The translations under genes were made by a program, and so were the position numbers. A stretch of 64,000 nt of DNA from TPA_inf: Saccharomyces (taxonomy: Eukaryota), in assembly GCA_000146045.2 (NCBI GenBank), contig BK006948.2:32001-96000 (forward strand), written 5' to 3'. The notes beneath the pieces are model-generated. The model was not told the origin of the DNA, did no database searches, and worked only from the letters and a program-made list of their open reading frames with translations. Shown piece after piece: positions 46,115 to 57,448 of the stretch. The first letter of the stretch is position 1, and each line of letters opens with the position of its first letter.

Positions 46115-46351
46115 GTTAAGTTGACCAATATTTTCGAGGCCAATTAAGGCGATCTGATTTAGATAAAAAACGTATATATGTATTTATCAACACTTTTTCG
46201 AAAACAAAAAGATTTTTAGATAGGAGTATGTACATTCCAATATATTTGTAATGTTTCACATAAAAGGACAGTCTGAGAAAAAATGCAAGTAATGTGGTAA
46301 GAAGGAAACATAAGATGACGGCAAATGCAAAAATGAGGTAAGAATCAGCAA

Positions 46352-47479
46352 CTAATCCAGAGATGGCACAATCAAGTTGTAATACTCTCCAAGAGCCCTT
46401 TTCTCCGATGCACTAAAATTAAAGAGGTCTGGTAGGTGAACCGGCATACTCGAACCTCTTGGCAAAAAATAGGTTTCATTTCTTAACGCGTCAAAAAATT
46501 CGTGAGCCATCAATTGTCTAGCATCGCACCTTTCAGTGGCATCATACGTCAACACCTTTAGCAAGAATTCCACATCAAAAAATTCTATAGAGGGAAACCA
46601 ATGCATAAACTTCTTGAATTTTTGGTCATTTAAGCTATCCTGTAACTCTTGAGAATTTTTTATAGAACTTTTAGGAAAGCGGCCTAATAGTTTAGCTATC
46701 TCCTCCAGTTGTGAGTTAGCGCTATCGCCTTTAAAAAGTGGCTGGCCTTTTATCATTTCGCCTATTATACAACCAAGCGACCATATATCTATTTGAGTTG
46801 TATAATCCTTCGAATTTAGGAGAAGTTCAGGTGCTCTATAAAACCTCGAGCAAAAATAGGTCTTCAATTCTGTATTATCATCCAGTCGCTGTGCCGAGCC
46901 AAAGTCACACACTTTAGCAATACCGCTACTTGGTATAATCAATATATTGCTCGGTTTCAGATCGCCATGGCATATACTCATGGAATGTAAGGTCAGAAGT
47001 GCTCGAAGTATTTGGAATGTGTACAGCTTGATATGTTTTGTAGGCATCTTAGAACCATTGTCAAAATATTCATGAATTTCAGAACTTAAGGTTTGAGGAA
47101 TGTATTCCATAACAAAGTTTTTCTGATATAAGTGCCCACCGTCCTTGGTAGTACAGTGGCTCTCGAAGAAGAACTCTAAAGTAACCAGATTTGGATGTCT
47201 GATATTCTGTAAGATCTCCAATTCCAAAGATTGTACTTTGGGAGATTTCACTACTCTTTTTATGGCATAAGGTCCTAGCCATTCAATACTATTGCTCGAC
47301 AGAATGGACTGTGTCACAGTTCCAAACGAGCCGTGGCCTATCCGTTTCCCTTCCCTGACGTACATTTTGCTCTTTTGTCTGTTTTTAATCGATACGATGT
47401 CATCGATAAAGTAGTGTTCATCCTCCAATTTTGTCATTCTATTGGGGTTGCTCCCGAAAACGTTATTCACTTTAAGCAT
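46352..47479 (-). CDS. YGK3: GSK-3 family Ser/Thr protein kinase (YOL128C), 375 aa
   Basis: ORF recognised. Kinase motifs HGDLKPSNIL and DFGSA. Start at MLKVNNVFG, Met9 of the longest ORF. Confidence 0.82.
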   Translation of the reverse strand: MLKVNNVFGSNPNRMTKLEDEHYFIDDIVSIKNRQKSKMYVREGKRIGHGSFGTVTQSILSSNSIEWLGPYAIKRVVKSPKVQSLELEILQNIRHPNLVTLEFFFESHCTTKDGGHLYQKNFVMEYIPQTLSSEIHEYFDNGSKMPTKHIKLYTFQILRALLTLHSMSICHGDLKPSNILIIPSSGIAKVCDFGSAQRLDDNTELKTYFCSRFYRAPELLLNSKDYTTQIDIWSLGCIIGEMIKGQPLFKGDSANSQLEEIAKLLGRFPKSSIKNSQELQDSLNDQKFKKFMHWFPSIEFFDVEFLLKVLTYDATERCDARQLMAHEFFDALRNETYFLPRGSSMPVHLPDLFNFSASEKRALGEYYNLIVPSLD

Positions 47480-47949
47480 TAGGTATGTTAGTGCTAAAAG
47501 CAAAATGTATGTAGTATTTTCTTTTTTTTTGTTTGTTTTTTAGTGTCCTCATCGATGTACGTACTGTATCAACACAACGAAGAACGACACCTCTTTATAA
47601 ACCCTAAGCTTGCTATTTGAGAGCAAGAGATCTTTACGTAAACAGATAGGGTCACACAGACTATACGAAAACCTGTCAATATAATCTATTCGGATAAGAT
47701 TATCAACCCCTCCCTGCAAGATTTTTTATTGTTATTATTACAGTTTTTAAACTGGTAGCAGAGCTATCCGGTAAACATGTACTAATCAGTCTAACACCCC
47801 GGAGGAGGCTTATCATTACATATTCTTGTCTCGGCGTTCTTTAAGTTTCTTATCTTGTATGCCCGATATAGCAACCTTGTTGGTACCAATCTAACGGTTT
47901 CCGTACTTTGCAATGAAGAGATGAGGAGGCATGGGTCACTTATTTAATA

Positions 47950-47961
47950 TGTACGGGTGTT
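47950..47961 (-). promoter_or_regulatory. Rap1 binding site ACACCCGTACA (minus-strand reading), ~390 bp upstream of RPL25
   Basis: Matches Rap1 consensus ACACCCRYACAYM, at the distance typical for RP gene promoters. Confidence 0.45.
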
Positions 47962-48347
47962 TACATGGAGTTGCTTTCTTTTTTTGTCTCAGCAGTCATT
48001 GTGCGCCAAAAAAAGAGAAAACCGTGAGCCGAAGTCCACGCTCTGGAGTTAGGCTCTCCCATTACGGAGAGAAGCATTTCCTCAGCCTGGGAGCCCCGTT
48101 GGAACAGTCAGGCTAAACTGGGCCTTCCTACCCACTGCTTGCTGTTTCTCACTGGACGCACAAGGGGATTTTCTTTCTACCTTCGGCTTGCCTCACTGCG
48201 TTGGGGCTTCCCAATGCAACTTCGTTCGTATGCATACAATCTTTTAGATATTATCTTTTAAAATTATTTTAAAACAATTTTAAATGTATCTCATATGCTT
48301 TTCTTCTGCTGTTGAAAAGGCTAAACAAAGAAGATCAATAAGATAAA

Positions 48348-49190
48348 ATGGCTCCATCTGGTATGTGAACTGCAATATTAATAGCACGAGAAAATTGAGA
48401 GGAAGATAGATGGGAACTAGTAGAGTTGATATTGATGAGATACGAAAACCACACGTAAATAAACTATCCGACGACAAGAATAGTGCATTAAGGACTTGAT
48501 TAAGATATGGTGAGCAACGTAATTATCGGGCTCAACAGTTTATTAGCAATCGTTTTGATAGAAGCGTTGATGCTGTGGAAGTTGTTCTTTTTACTACCAA
48601 CAGCCATTAACAAATCCATTAGAGTGTTCGTTCGTTTTTCTGCTCAGATTCAAGAAAATTATTCCATCCTCATTATACTTTTTTCTTCTATTTCGTGCTC
48701 CACGTCGAGGTATCAAGGAACATAGTTTACTAACATTAACGAATTCATCTCCTATGAATTTACTTTTTGTATAGCTAAGGCTACTGCCGCTAAGAAAGCT
48801 GTCGTTAAGGGTACTAATGGTAAGAAGGCTTTGAAGGTCAGAACTTCTGCTACCTTCAGACTACCAAAGACCTTGAAGTTGGCTAGAGCTCCAAAATATG
48901 CTTCCAAGGCTGTTCCACATTACAACAGATTGGACTCATACAAGGTCATTGAGCAACCAATCACTTCTGAAACCGCTATGAAGAAGGTTGAAGATGGTAA
49001 CATTTTGGTTTTCCAAGTTTCCATGAAAGCTAACAAATACCAAATCAAGAAGGCCGTCAAGGAATTATACGAAGTTGACGTATTGAAGGTTAACACTTTG
49101 GTTAGACCAAACGGTACCAAGAAGGCTTACGTTAGATTGACTGCTGACTACGATGCTTTGGACATTGCTAACAGAATCGGTTACATTTAA
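48348..49190 (+). CDS. RPL25: 60S ribosomal protein L25 (uL23), spliced: exon1 48348-48360 (ATGGCTCCATCTG), exon2 48775-49190, 142 aa (YOL127W)
   Basis: Exon1 ends at 5'SS GTATGT (48361). Branch point TACTAAC at 48728-48734. 3'SS tatAG at 48774. Spliced product [17 protein letters not shown]... is in frame with the 119-aa ORF at 48831. Confidence 0.9.
48361..48774 (+). other. RPL25 intron (414 nt), GTATGT...TACTAAC...AG
   Basis: Canonical yeast splice signals seen directly. The splice restores the known L25 N-terminus. Confidence 0.88.
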
Positions 49191-49630
49191 TCTAATTGGT
49201 TTAATTAATAAATTTAATATTATTTTTAAATTTTTCTTTAAATATACAATAAATCTTTCATAACATGTTAAATTCATGATTAAGCGTAAATAAAGTGTAG
49301 TGGCAGAGTGCACGGGGTTTCCTGTGCCTTACAAAGTAGGTACCAATTTGCGTATTGCAGCGAGGGTTCCGGTTACTATTTATAATTACGTGTTAGTGTA
49401 CTGTGATTTTATTGAGGCTATAACAAGAAAAGGATCTGTGAAGGTTTTGAGAGAATGAGGCGAAAACACAGGGTTATTTTCATCAGCAACGCCGCTGTTT
49501 CAGCGGCACCCTGCCCTTTTCTTTTCGCAAGATGAGAGTAAAGAGTTGTACATCAGGTAAGAATGTTATTATTTAAATTCGAAGTGATAAATTCTTTTCA
49601 TGATGAATCACTCGCTTATATGGGGTAGAA

Positions 49631-49668
49631 TATATATATATGTGTGTGTGTGTGTGTGTTTGTGTATG
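49631..49668. repeat. Compound microsatellite (TA)5(TG)9TT(TG)2 in the RPL25/MDH2 convergent intergenic region
   Basis: Seen directly. Confidence 0.9.
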
Positions 49669-49786
49669 TAGGGATGGTGCGCGTTTGTTGTGTGACATTT
49701 GCTACTCATTCTTTTCCTTTTCCTACGACTGGCTTAACGGGAATATTATCAATTTGCTGCATTCTTATGCTTCGGTCCGATGCTCA

Positions 49787-50920
49787 TTAAGATGATGCAG
49801 ATCTCGATGCAACGAATTCCAAGCCCTTATCGATATTTTTCTTTAACTGGGAGACGCAAATTGGCAACATTTGGTTGCGTTCCATGTCGTTCATCCTATT
49901 AACGATGTCATAATCCACATAGGAAACACCCTTTGTAGTAATAGTTAATGGTATGGCAAAGTAGTCTGCACCGTCCACCAGAGGCAATAATTGATCTGCC
50001 CCAGGAGCAATGGGGAAGTTGTTCGCATCTTTTAATGGCACATAGTAGGTTCCATGGATCTGCTCAATGTTACCCAATAACAAAGAAACAAATTGGACAA
50101 CACACTTATAACCGGCATGGGCCATCGATAAGGTAGCACTACCTTTACCGTTCTTGGCCTTGACCACTTCATCACCACCGTATTGGACTCTATGTATTAA
50201 ATATTTCAATTGATCCTCATTTAATCTCGATAGGAAGTTTGACTGTGAAAACAACGGAATAATAGTCTCGCCAGAATGCCCGCCAATTACAGGGACGTCA
50301 GGCATGGAGTTAACACGAGGAGTTAGCCCTGACTCAATGTTTATCTCACGTAGAAAAGTGGACGCTCTGACAATGTCGAGCTTGGTGACACCCATGATCC
50401 TTCTTTCAATGCCGGAATTTCTAGACTGAGGATGGTTCTTAAGAATGTTAGAAACCATCACTGGGACTAAAGAATTAACAGGGTTGGAAATGACAAGAAC
50501 GAAGACCTTGGAAAGATCACAACATTCTGCAATAGAATCACCGAGCTGGCTAATGATACCAGCATTCACGTTAAATAAGTCATCACGAGTCATGCCAGGT
50601 TTTCTTGGAACACCTGCAGGAATGACAACAATAGAAGCGTTATGCAAACAGTTCTCAATGCCACCTGCAGGAGAGTGGCTCGACACGGAAATGGGGGTGT
50701 CTATATGAGACAAGTCGGCGGTAACACCGTTGATGGCTTCTTGGTTGACATCGTAAAGAGCCAGATGAATGTGGGTAACGCTCCGGTTGCTCTCCTTTAA
50801 CTGGTATTGCAACTGAGCTTTCAAAAGCAGCGATAACGACTGCCCGATACCACCGGCAGCACCTAAAATGGCAATTTTTAACGAATCTTGTTCTATGGAT
50901 GGTGTAACTGAGTGAGGCAT
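49787..50920 (-). CDS. MDH2: Cytosolic malate dehydrogenase, gluconeogenic/glyoxylate (YOL126C), 377 aa
   Basis: ORF recognised. Start at MPHSVTPSIEQD, Met47 of the longest ORF, which begins at 51058. NAD-binding GAAGGIG motif. Confidence 0.85.
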   Translation of the reverse strand: MPHSVTPSIEQDSLKIAILGAAGGIGQSLSLLLKAQLQYQLKESNRSVTHIHLALYDVNQEAINGVTADLSHIDTPISVSSHSPAGGIENCLHNASIVVIPAGVPRKPGMTRDDLFNVNAGIISQLGDSIAECCDLSKVFVLVISNPVNSLVPVMVSNILKNHPQSRNSGIERRIMGVTKLDIVRASTFLREINIESGLTPRVNSMPDVPVIGGHSGETIIPLFSQSNFLSRLNEDQLKYLIHRVQYGGDEVVKAKNGKGSATLSMAHAGYKCVVQFVSLLLGNIEQIHGTYYVPLKDANNFPIAPGADQLLPLVDGADYFAIPLTITTKGVSYVDYDIVNRMNDMERNQMLPICVSQLKKNIDKGLEFVASRSASS

Positions 50921-51286
50921 GTTACTATAACTTTTATGATATTGTATTGAACTTTTGTAATAGTCTGCAGCACTATATTCTGGACTACTTCTGACTGTAC
51001 GATTTATACAGAAGGGGAGAAAATATATACAGGGAAAAAGAATCAGAAGGAGAATCATGCAGCAATCTTTATCTCATATCGATAAATCTTTATCTTTATA
51101 TATCTACGCACGCGCGTGTATATTGTTTTTAGAAACCTTAGATACCTTCCGTAGTTCCTTAAAGTCAAATCGGACCTTCCCAACCTTGGGCAACACAAAA
51201 TGCCACTAAACAAAGGAAAAAAACCGGAACTTCCCGGATCATTAGGGGAGTATTGGGGGCAAGGCACGGCGGCTTTAGAACGGCTA

Positions 51287-51297
51287 CGGCCGAATGG
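51287..51297 (+). promoter_or_regulatory. Carbon-source-responsive element (CSRE)-like CGGCCGAATGG, ~370 bp upstream of MDH2
   Basis: Matches CGGNYNAATGG (Cat8/Sip4). MDH2 is a known CSRE-regulated gene. Sequence match only. Confidence 0.35.
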
Positions 51298-51833
51298 GCA
51301 AAGTAATTGCGGATTAAAGGGGCCGTATCGTAGATGATGAGTCCATTTGGCCGGGGAAGGCCGAGATGCCGGCAAGTGACATCTTTTCCGTACTTCGCTA
51401 TATAGATGAGAAATTTGAAAAAAAGTGACAAACGGAAGATAGCGAATGACTAGCTATTGTCTGTAGTAAAAATGGACTTCAATGGTAAACCAAGCAAATA
51501 AAGAAGAAAAAAAGGAAGTAAGAAAGTAGGAGATACAAACGGAAAAGTATGAGGGGATTTTCTTAGGTTTGGGCAAGTGTTGTTGTTGGTCCGCCTTGGG
51601 ACAGGCGCCAGAAGAGGGCTCTGGGCTATATAATCTCATTTTTGCTTTCTATGATTTCTTTCACTTTTTTTTCTTAGCTCATCGCAGGCGGTTCGAGCAA
51701 TAGTGAAAAAGAAAGAAAAAAAGTGAAAACAAAAACCTCAGTTTCTCCATTACGTAAAATGTCTATATATACGTGTACGTAGGTGCTATGAAGGCTTCGC
51801 TAAGTACAGTTCAGGTTTATTATTTAGCGAAGG

Positions 51834-53264
51834 ATGTTACAAGATAATAATGGGCCCGCTGTTAAGAGGGCGAAACCCTCAGAAAGGTTGCAATGTGAAT
51901 ATTTCATGGAAAAAAAGAAACGAAGATGTGGGATGACCAGGAGTTCTCAGAACTTGTATTGTTCAGAGCATCTGAATTTGATGAAAAAGGCGGCTAATTC
52001 TCAAGTGCATAATAAGAATGGCAGTGAAGCAGAGAAAGAAAGAGAAAGAGTACCTTGTCCGCTGGATCCTAACCATACGGTTTGGGCAGATCAATTAAAA
52101 AAGCATTTGAAAAAATGCAACAAGACCAAACTAAGCCATTTAAACGATGATAAGCCATACTATGAACCGGGCTATAACGGAGAGAATGGACTGTTATCGT
52201 CGTCTGTTAAAATAGATATTACTGCGGAACATTTGGTACAATCTATTGAATTGCTGTATAAGGTGTTTGAGGGAGAATCCATGGACGAGCTGCCTTTGAG
52301 ACAACTGAACAATAAGCTTATGTCTCTAAAACGATTCCCTCAATTGCCTTCGAATACTAAACATGCTGTACAACAGTCTTCACTGATCGAAAACTTAGTG
52401 GACGCTGGCGCATTTGAGAGGCCAGAAAGTTTAAACTTCATTGAGTTTGGATGTGGCAGGGCCGAATTCTCGCGCTATGTCAGTCTGTACCTTTTAACAC
52501 AATTGACAAGCCTTCCAGCGGAGCACTCGGGTTCAAACTCGAACGAGTTCGTGTTGATTGACAGAGCAACTAATAGGATGAAGTTCGATAAAAAGATAAA
52601 AGACGATTTTTCAGAAATAAAGTCAAACTCACCTTCCAAACCTATTAGCTGCCCCAGCATCAAAAGGATAAAGATCGACATTAGGGACTTGAAGATGGAT
52701 CCGATTTTAAAATCGACACCTGGGGACGATATACAATACGTGTGCATCTCAAAACACCTTTGTGGTGTAGCTACAGATCTAACTTTGAGGTGTATAGGCA
52801 ACAGCTCAATTTTACATGGCGACGATAACAACGGATGCAACCCCAAACTAAAGGCAATTTGTATTGCCATGTGCTGCAGGCATGTCTGTGACTACGGCGA
52901 CTATGTCAACCGCAGTTACGTTACATCACTTGTTGAAAAGTATAGGGCCCATGGCTCCATCTTGACGTACGAAACCTTTTTCCGCGTTTTAACTAAACTC
53001 TGTTCATGGGGTACCTGCGGAAGGAAACCAGGTACGGCTATTACAGATATAGTAAACGTTGTCGAATCGTTTGAAGGGGCTGAGCCATATACAATAACCA
53101 TTAAAGAGAGAGAAAATATTGGATTAATGGCTAGGCGTGTAATCGACGAGGGCAGGTTGGTATATGTGAAAGAAAAGTTTACAGAGTTTAATGCGGAGCT
53201 GATAAGGTACGTAGAATCCGATGTTTCTTTAGAGAACGTTGCTATGTTAGTTTATAAGAAATAG
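51834..53264 (+). CDS. TRM13: tRNA 2'-O-methyltransferase Trm13 (Nm4), with an N-terminal CHHC zinc finger (YOL125W), 476 aa
   Basis: Complete ORF recognised. Confidence 0.88.
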   Translation: MLQDNNGPAVKRAKPSERLQCEYFMEKKKRRCGMTRSSQNLYCSEHLNLMKKAANSQVHNKNGSEAEKERERVPCPLDPNHTVWADQLKKHLKKCNKTKLSHLNDDKPYYEPGYNGENGLLSSSVKIDITAEHLVQSIELLYKVFEGESMDELPLRQLNNKLMSLKRFPQLPSNTKHAVQQSSLIENLVDAGAFERPESLNFIEFGCGRAEFSRYVSLYLLTQLTSLPAEHSGSNSNEFVLIDRATNRMKFDKKIKDDFSEIKSNSPSKPISCPSIKRIKIDIRDLKMDPILKSTPGDDIQYVCISKHLCGVATDLTLRCIGNSSILHGDDNNGCNPKLKAICIAMCCRHVCDYGDYVNRSYVTSLVEKYRAHGSILTYETFFRVLTKLCSWGTCGRKPGTAITDIVNVVESFEGAEPYTITIKERENIGLMARRVIDEGRLVYVKEKFTEFNAELIRYVESDVSLENVAMLVYKK

Positions 53265-53455
53265 AGAGCTTTTAATTTTTATTTTTTTTCACTTGTATTT
53301 TTGACGGGCTATTAATTTTAAATGAAACTTTTCTACATGATGGAACATAAACATAAATATAGGTATAGATAAATTGTTCTTCTTTTTTTTTTTTTTTCTT
53401 TAAGAGAAAGAGTAAGTAAATATATCTTAAAATTACAAAGGGCTTATGCATCATT

Positions 53456-54757
53456 TCAGTTAAAATTATTGAAGTACCGCTCCCTGAAATTATCTTTTGA
53501 ACGTTTTATGCCATGATTACTTGATCCATTGAAAGTGCTACCCCTATTAATATAAACCAGTAGTCTCCTTGACCATTTATTGAATTCTTGAACGCAGTTG
53601 TATTTTAGCTCTAGATTTTCGTGCATTGGGACAATAGTTTCAATATTGGCGTCGTTTGCAGTGGGCATCCAGAAGGCTAATCTTCCGCCAATCGGTAATC
53701 TTTCGGAAGAGTATTGTAAAAGATCATCCAGTAATGAATCTAGAGCATACGGTTTTTTGGTTGGAATATAATCGCGACGCAAATATGCCTTTTCACCGTC
53801 AATTTCCATATCTTCCTTGCCTAGAAATCTTTCTGGATCCTTAGCACCTAGGACTTTTATGCTTTCTCTGATACCATATGGAGGATCACACAAAATAGTA
53901 TCAATGACAAGATTGTTTCTTAATGCGTTATTTGTAAAGTCCATGGTCAACACGTCGAGGAATTGAGAACTCTCGCCATATTTTTTGAAGTTGGCCGAAA
54001 TGTTCACTTGAGCACCCTTACCACGAATCATTCTGCCATCTATATCCGAACCAATCACTAAAGAACCAAAATGCCCACCAGCTACCAAAAAGGATCCTGT
54101 ACCTGCAAACGGGTCGTACATTATAGTTCCCGGTTTCACTTGAGCTATATTGGCGCTGACCAACGATAATTCTGCTTCGAAGCTAGTTGTACCTTTATAA
54201 GGTCTTTTCTTCAAATCATATTTCTCCATGGCACTCCTATTGCTCATCTGAACCTGCCTACCAAAATAAATCCTGGTGGGGGTCTTACCACCAACGTTTT
54301 CCGATATTGGTGTGTACTCTTCTATAACAGTGAAAACCTCTTGAGGATGTTTCATATCAATCTTTCCTTCAAAGCCAAGGTAACGGAAAGTTTCAATCTG
54401 CTCTACCCTCTTAGCTTTACTGTTGCCTTTATAGCATTCGAATTCGAACTTAAAAGTGGAATGTTTGAATTTCAATTGCAGATCCTGTTCAAAGTTAGAC
54501 TGACGCTGAATATCTTTATGCAGCTCATCGAGCGTTGTACCCTGCCCCCAATACTCATAAATACCTCTGGTTAAAATAGACCTCTTAATCCAATCCTTTG
54601 CTTGCTGATCATTTTCCAGCTCTACAATAAAGAAAGGGCTATTGGCATCGTACTGCGAAAAGTCTATGGAAAGATTATATAGGTCTGCTAACGATTCCAG
54701 TTCTGCTCTTCTAAAGTTCAAATGAACTTGTACCATATACAGCAGATATTTCTTCAT
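53456..54757 (-). CDS. TRM11: tRNA (guanine10-N2)-methyltransferase catalytic subunit Trm11, THUMP plus class-I MTase with DPPY motif (YOL124C), 433 aa
   Basis: Complete ORF. DPPYG motif present. Confidence 0.88.
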   Translation of the reverse strand: MKKYLLYMVQVHLNFRRAELESLADLYNLSIDFSQYDANSPFFIVELENDQQAKDWIKRSILTRGIYEYWGQGTTLDELHKDIQRQSNFEQDLQLKFKHSTFKFEFECYKGNSKAKRVEQIETFRYLGFEGKIDMKHPQEVFTVIEEYTPISENVGGKTPTRIYFGRQVQMSNRSAMEKYDLKKRPYKGTTSFEAELSLVSANIAQVKPGTIMYDPFAGTGSFLVAGGHFGSLVIGSDIDGRMIRGKGAQVNISANFKKYGESSQFLDVLTMDFTNNALRNNLVIDTILCDPPYGIRESIKVLGAKDPERFLGKEDMEIDGEKAYLRRDYIPTKKPYALDSLLDDLLQYSSERLPIGGRLAFWMPTANDANIETIVPMHENLELKYNCVQEFNKWSRRLLVYINRGSTFNGSSNHGIKRSKDNFRERYFNNFN

Positions 54758-55843
54758 GCTGCCGTTTTTACCTTATATACAATGTGTTTAGTTATGCTAT
54801 TTCATCTCCATATTACGGGTATTAAGACCTCGATGCCCATAATCATCGATTTTTTTCACTTTTCCCACAACGTAAACATTTCTTTTTTCTTCGGAAAAGA
54901 ATCCAAAATACGGGTAATAAAAGTCTCTTAAAGTACTAATAGCTATAGATAACATTATGGAGGCTATTGATATACAAAATACTAAGAAATATAGGTTGCT
55001 GCAAGGAAGAAGATCAAAAACCCTCTAAATTTCGCTTTATCTATCCATCAAAAGTCCGGAGGGTCATGCTATCGAAAACCTATTGACTATAAATATCAAT
55101 TTTTTTATCTCTTCGATTTGTTCTTGAAGATCTTGCGCAGAAGTTGAAAAACAAAGAGTAAATCCTAATGTAGATGCGTGGAAAAAGAAACATGCTCTTA
55201 AGGATCCCAACTTCTTTCTCTTCTAAACATCTATAACCTTGGAAGATCTTGCGAAATACTGGGCGGCTAAATCGAATGCATTTTTAATCTTACCCGGAAA
55301 TACTTTCTTTTTTTTATTTATTTTTTTTCTTGCAGCCCCTCCCTACGAGCAGCGCCGAGATTTCTTGTTGGACAAAGCAAAAAAAGTATAAAAGGCGCAT
55401 GCTTTCCACACGCCCAGGCGCTCTTAAATTTTCTTCCGCTCTCTCCTTTCCGCCACTGTAATTAAAAACAAAGGATTGAACAGTTTCGACTAGTTATTTA
55501 ATTTTGCAGATAGTCAAGTATTAGTACAATATACTGTTATAAATTTTTTACGTGTATCTTTTACTTTTTAGTGTTTAATAACTAAAATCTCATACCTTAC
55601 TAGATTTCTTTCTAACCTTTTTTGCGAAAGAAACAAAAAGAAAAAATACGGACAGAAAAGGTATACTCAATAAACAAGAAATTGAAAAAGCGTGCATAAT
55701 ACAAACAATTGGCCCTTTTTTATTCTGTATTAATATTACTGTTTATATTACAATCTTTTCATAAAAGACGCAAATATTTTATTTATAAAGAACTTTAGCA
55801 GTATACACAAGTCTGAGAAAATAGAGAATAAGTTAAATAAGCA

Positions 55844-57448
55844 ATGAGCTCTGACGAAGAAGATTTCAACGACATCTACGGCGATGATAAGCCTACCACT
55901 ACTGAAGAAGTCAAAAAAGAAGAAGAACAAAATAAGGCTGGCAGTGGTACCTCGCAATTAGATCAACTAGCCGCACTACAAGCATTATCTTCTAGCTTGA
56001 ACAAACTAAATAATCCAAATAGTAACAACAGTAGTAGTAATAATAGTAACCAAGACACATCTTCTAGTAAGCAAGATGGCACTGCGAATGACAAGGAAGG
56101 TTCCAATGAAGACACTAAGAATGAAAAAAAACAAGAAAGCGCTACATCAGCAAATGCCAATGCCAACGCTAGTTCTGCAGGACCTTCTGGCTTACCTTGG
56201 GAACAACTTCAACAAACCATGTCACAATTCCAGCAACCATCTTCTCAATCACCACCTCAACAGCAAGTAACTCAAACCAAAGAGGAACGTTCGAAAGCGG
56301 ATTTGTCTAAAGAAAGTTGCAAGATGTTCATTGGTGGTCTGAATTGGGACACTACGGAAGATAATCTTCGCGAATATTTTGGTAAGTATGGTACCGTCAC
56401 TGATTTGAAAATCATGAAAGACCCTGCAACAGGTAGATCTAGAGGGTTCGGTTTCTTATCTTTTGAAAAACCTTCTAGTGTTGATGAAGTGGTAAAGACA
56501 CAACATATCCTCGATGGTAAAGTTATCGACCCAAAAAGAGCTATCCCAAGAGACGAGCAAGATAAAACCGGTAAAATCTTTGTTGGTGGTATTGGTCCTG
56601 ATGTGAGACCAAAGGAATTTGAAGAATTTTTTTCTCAGTGGGGTACGATTATCGATGCGCAACTGATGTTAGATAAGGATACCGGTCAATCAAGAGGTTT
56701 TGGTTTTGTGACGTATGACTCCGCTGACGCCGTTGACAGAGTTTGTCAGAATAAATTCATCGATTTCAAAGATCGCAAGATCGAAATCAAGAGAGCTGAG
56801 CCAAGACATATGCAACAAAAATCATCAAACAATGGTGGTAACAATGGTGGAAACAACATGAATCGTCGTGGCGGTAACTTCGGTAACCAAGGCGATTTCA
56901 ACCAAATGTATCAAAACCCTATGATGGGCGGTTACAACCCAATGATGAATCCGCAAGCAATGACAGATTACTATCAAAAGATGCAAGAATATTACCAACA
57001 AATGCAAAAGCAAACTGGTATGGATTATACTCAAATGTACCAACAACAAATGCAGCAAATGGCAATGATGATGCCAGGGTTTGCCATGCCACCTAATGCA
57101 ATGACTTTAAACCAACCACAGCAAGATTCAAATGCCACTCAAGGTTCCCCAGCACCTTCTGATTCCGATAATAATAAATCCAATGACGTCCAAACTATTG
57201 GTAATACATCAAACACTGACTCTGGTTCACCGCCATTGAATTTACCTAATGGTCCAAAGGGCCCATCACAATACAATGATGACCACAATAGCGGTTATGG
57301 CTACAACCGTGATCGCGGTGATCGTGATCGTAACGATCGTGACCGCGATTACAATCACCGTAGTGGTGGAAACCATAGAAGAAACGGCCGTGGTGGTCGC
57401 GGTGGATACAATAGACGTAATAATGGCTACCATCCATATAATAGGTAA
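55844..57448 (+). CDS. HRP1: mRNA cleavage factor CF IB / hnRNP Hrp1 (Nab4), with two RRMs, an M/Q/N/G-rich prion-like C-terminal region and a PY-NLS (YOL123W), 534 aa
   Basis: Complete ORF. RNP1 motifs RGFGFLSF and RGFGFVTY. C-terminal RD/RGG repeats end in ...GYHPYNR. Confidence 0.92.
   Translation: MSSDEEDFNDIYGDDKPTTTEEVKKEEEQNKAGSGTSQLDQLAALQALSSSLNKLNNPNSNNSSSNNSNQDTSSSKQDGTANDKEGSNEDTKNEKKQESATSANANANASSAGPSGLPWEQLQQTMSQFQQPSSQSPPQQQVTQTKEERSKADLSKESCKMFIGGLNWDTTEDNLREYFGKYGTVTDLKIMKDPATGRSRGFGFLSFEKPSSVDEVVKTQHILDGKVIDPKRAIPRDEQDKTGKIFVGGIGPDVRPKEFEEFFSQWGTIIDAQLMLDKDTGQSRGFGFVTYDSADAVDRVCQNKFIDFKDRKIEIKRAEPRHMQQKSSNNGGNNGGNNMNRRGGNFGNQGDFNQMYQNPMMGGYNPMMNPQAMTDYYQKMQEYYQQMQKQTGMDYTQMYQQQMQQMAMMMPGFAMPPNAMTLNQPQQDSNATQGSPAPSDSDNNKSNDVQTIGNTSNTDSGSPPLNLPNGPKGPSQYNDDHNSGYGYNRDRGDRDRNDRDRDYNHRSGGNHRRNGRGGRGGYNRRNNGYHPYNR

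Noticed and set aside
51224-51262. Possible Mig1 GC-box (attaggggag / tattgggggc) and the CCGGAACTTCCCGG near-palindrome in the MDH2/TRM13 promoter
   Set aside because: Matches to SYGGGG with an AT-rich flank are imperfect in both orientations. The near-palindrome is not a perfect inverted repeat. Too weak to call.
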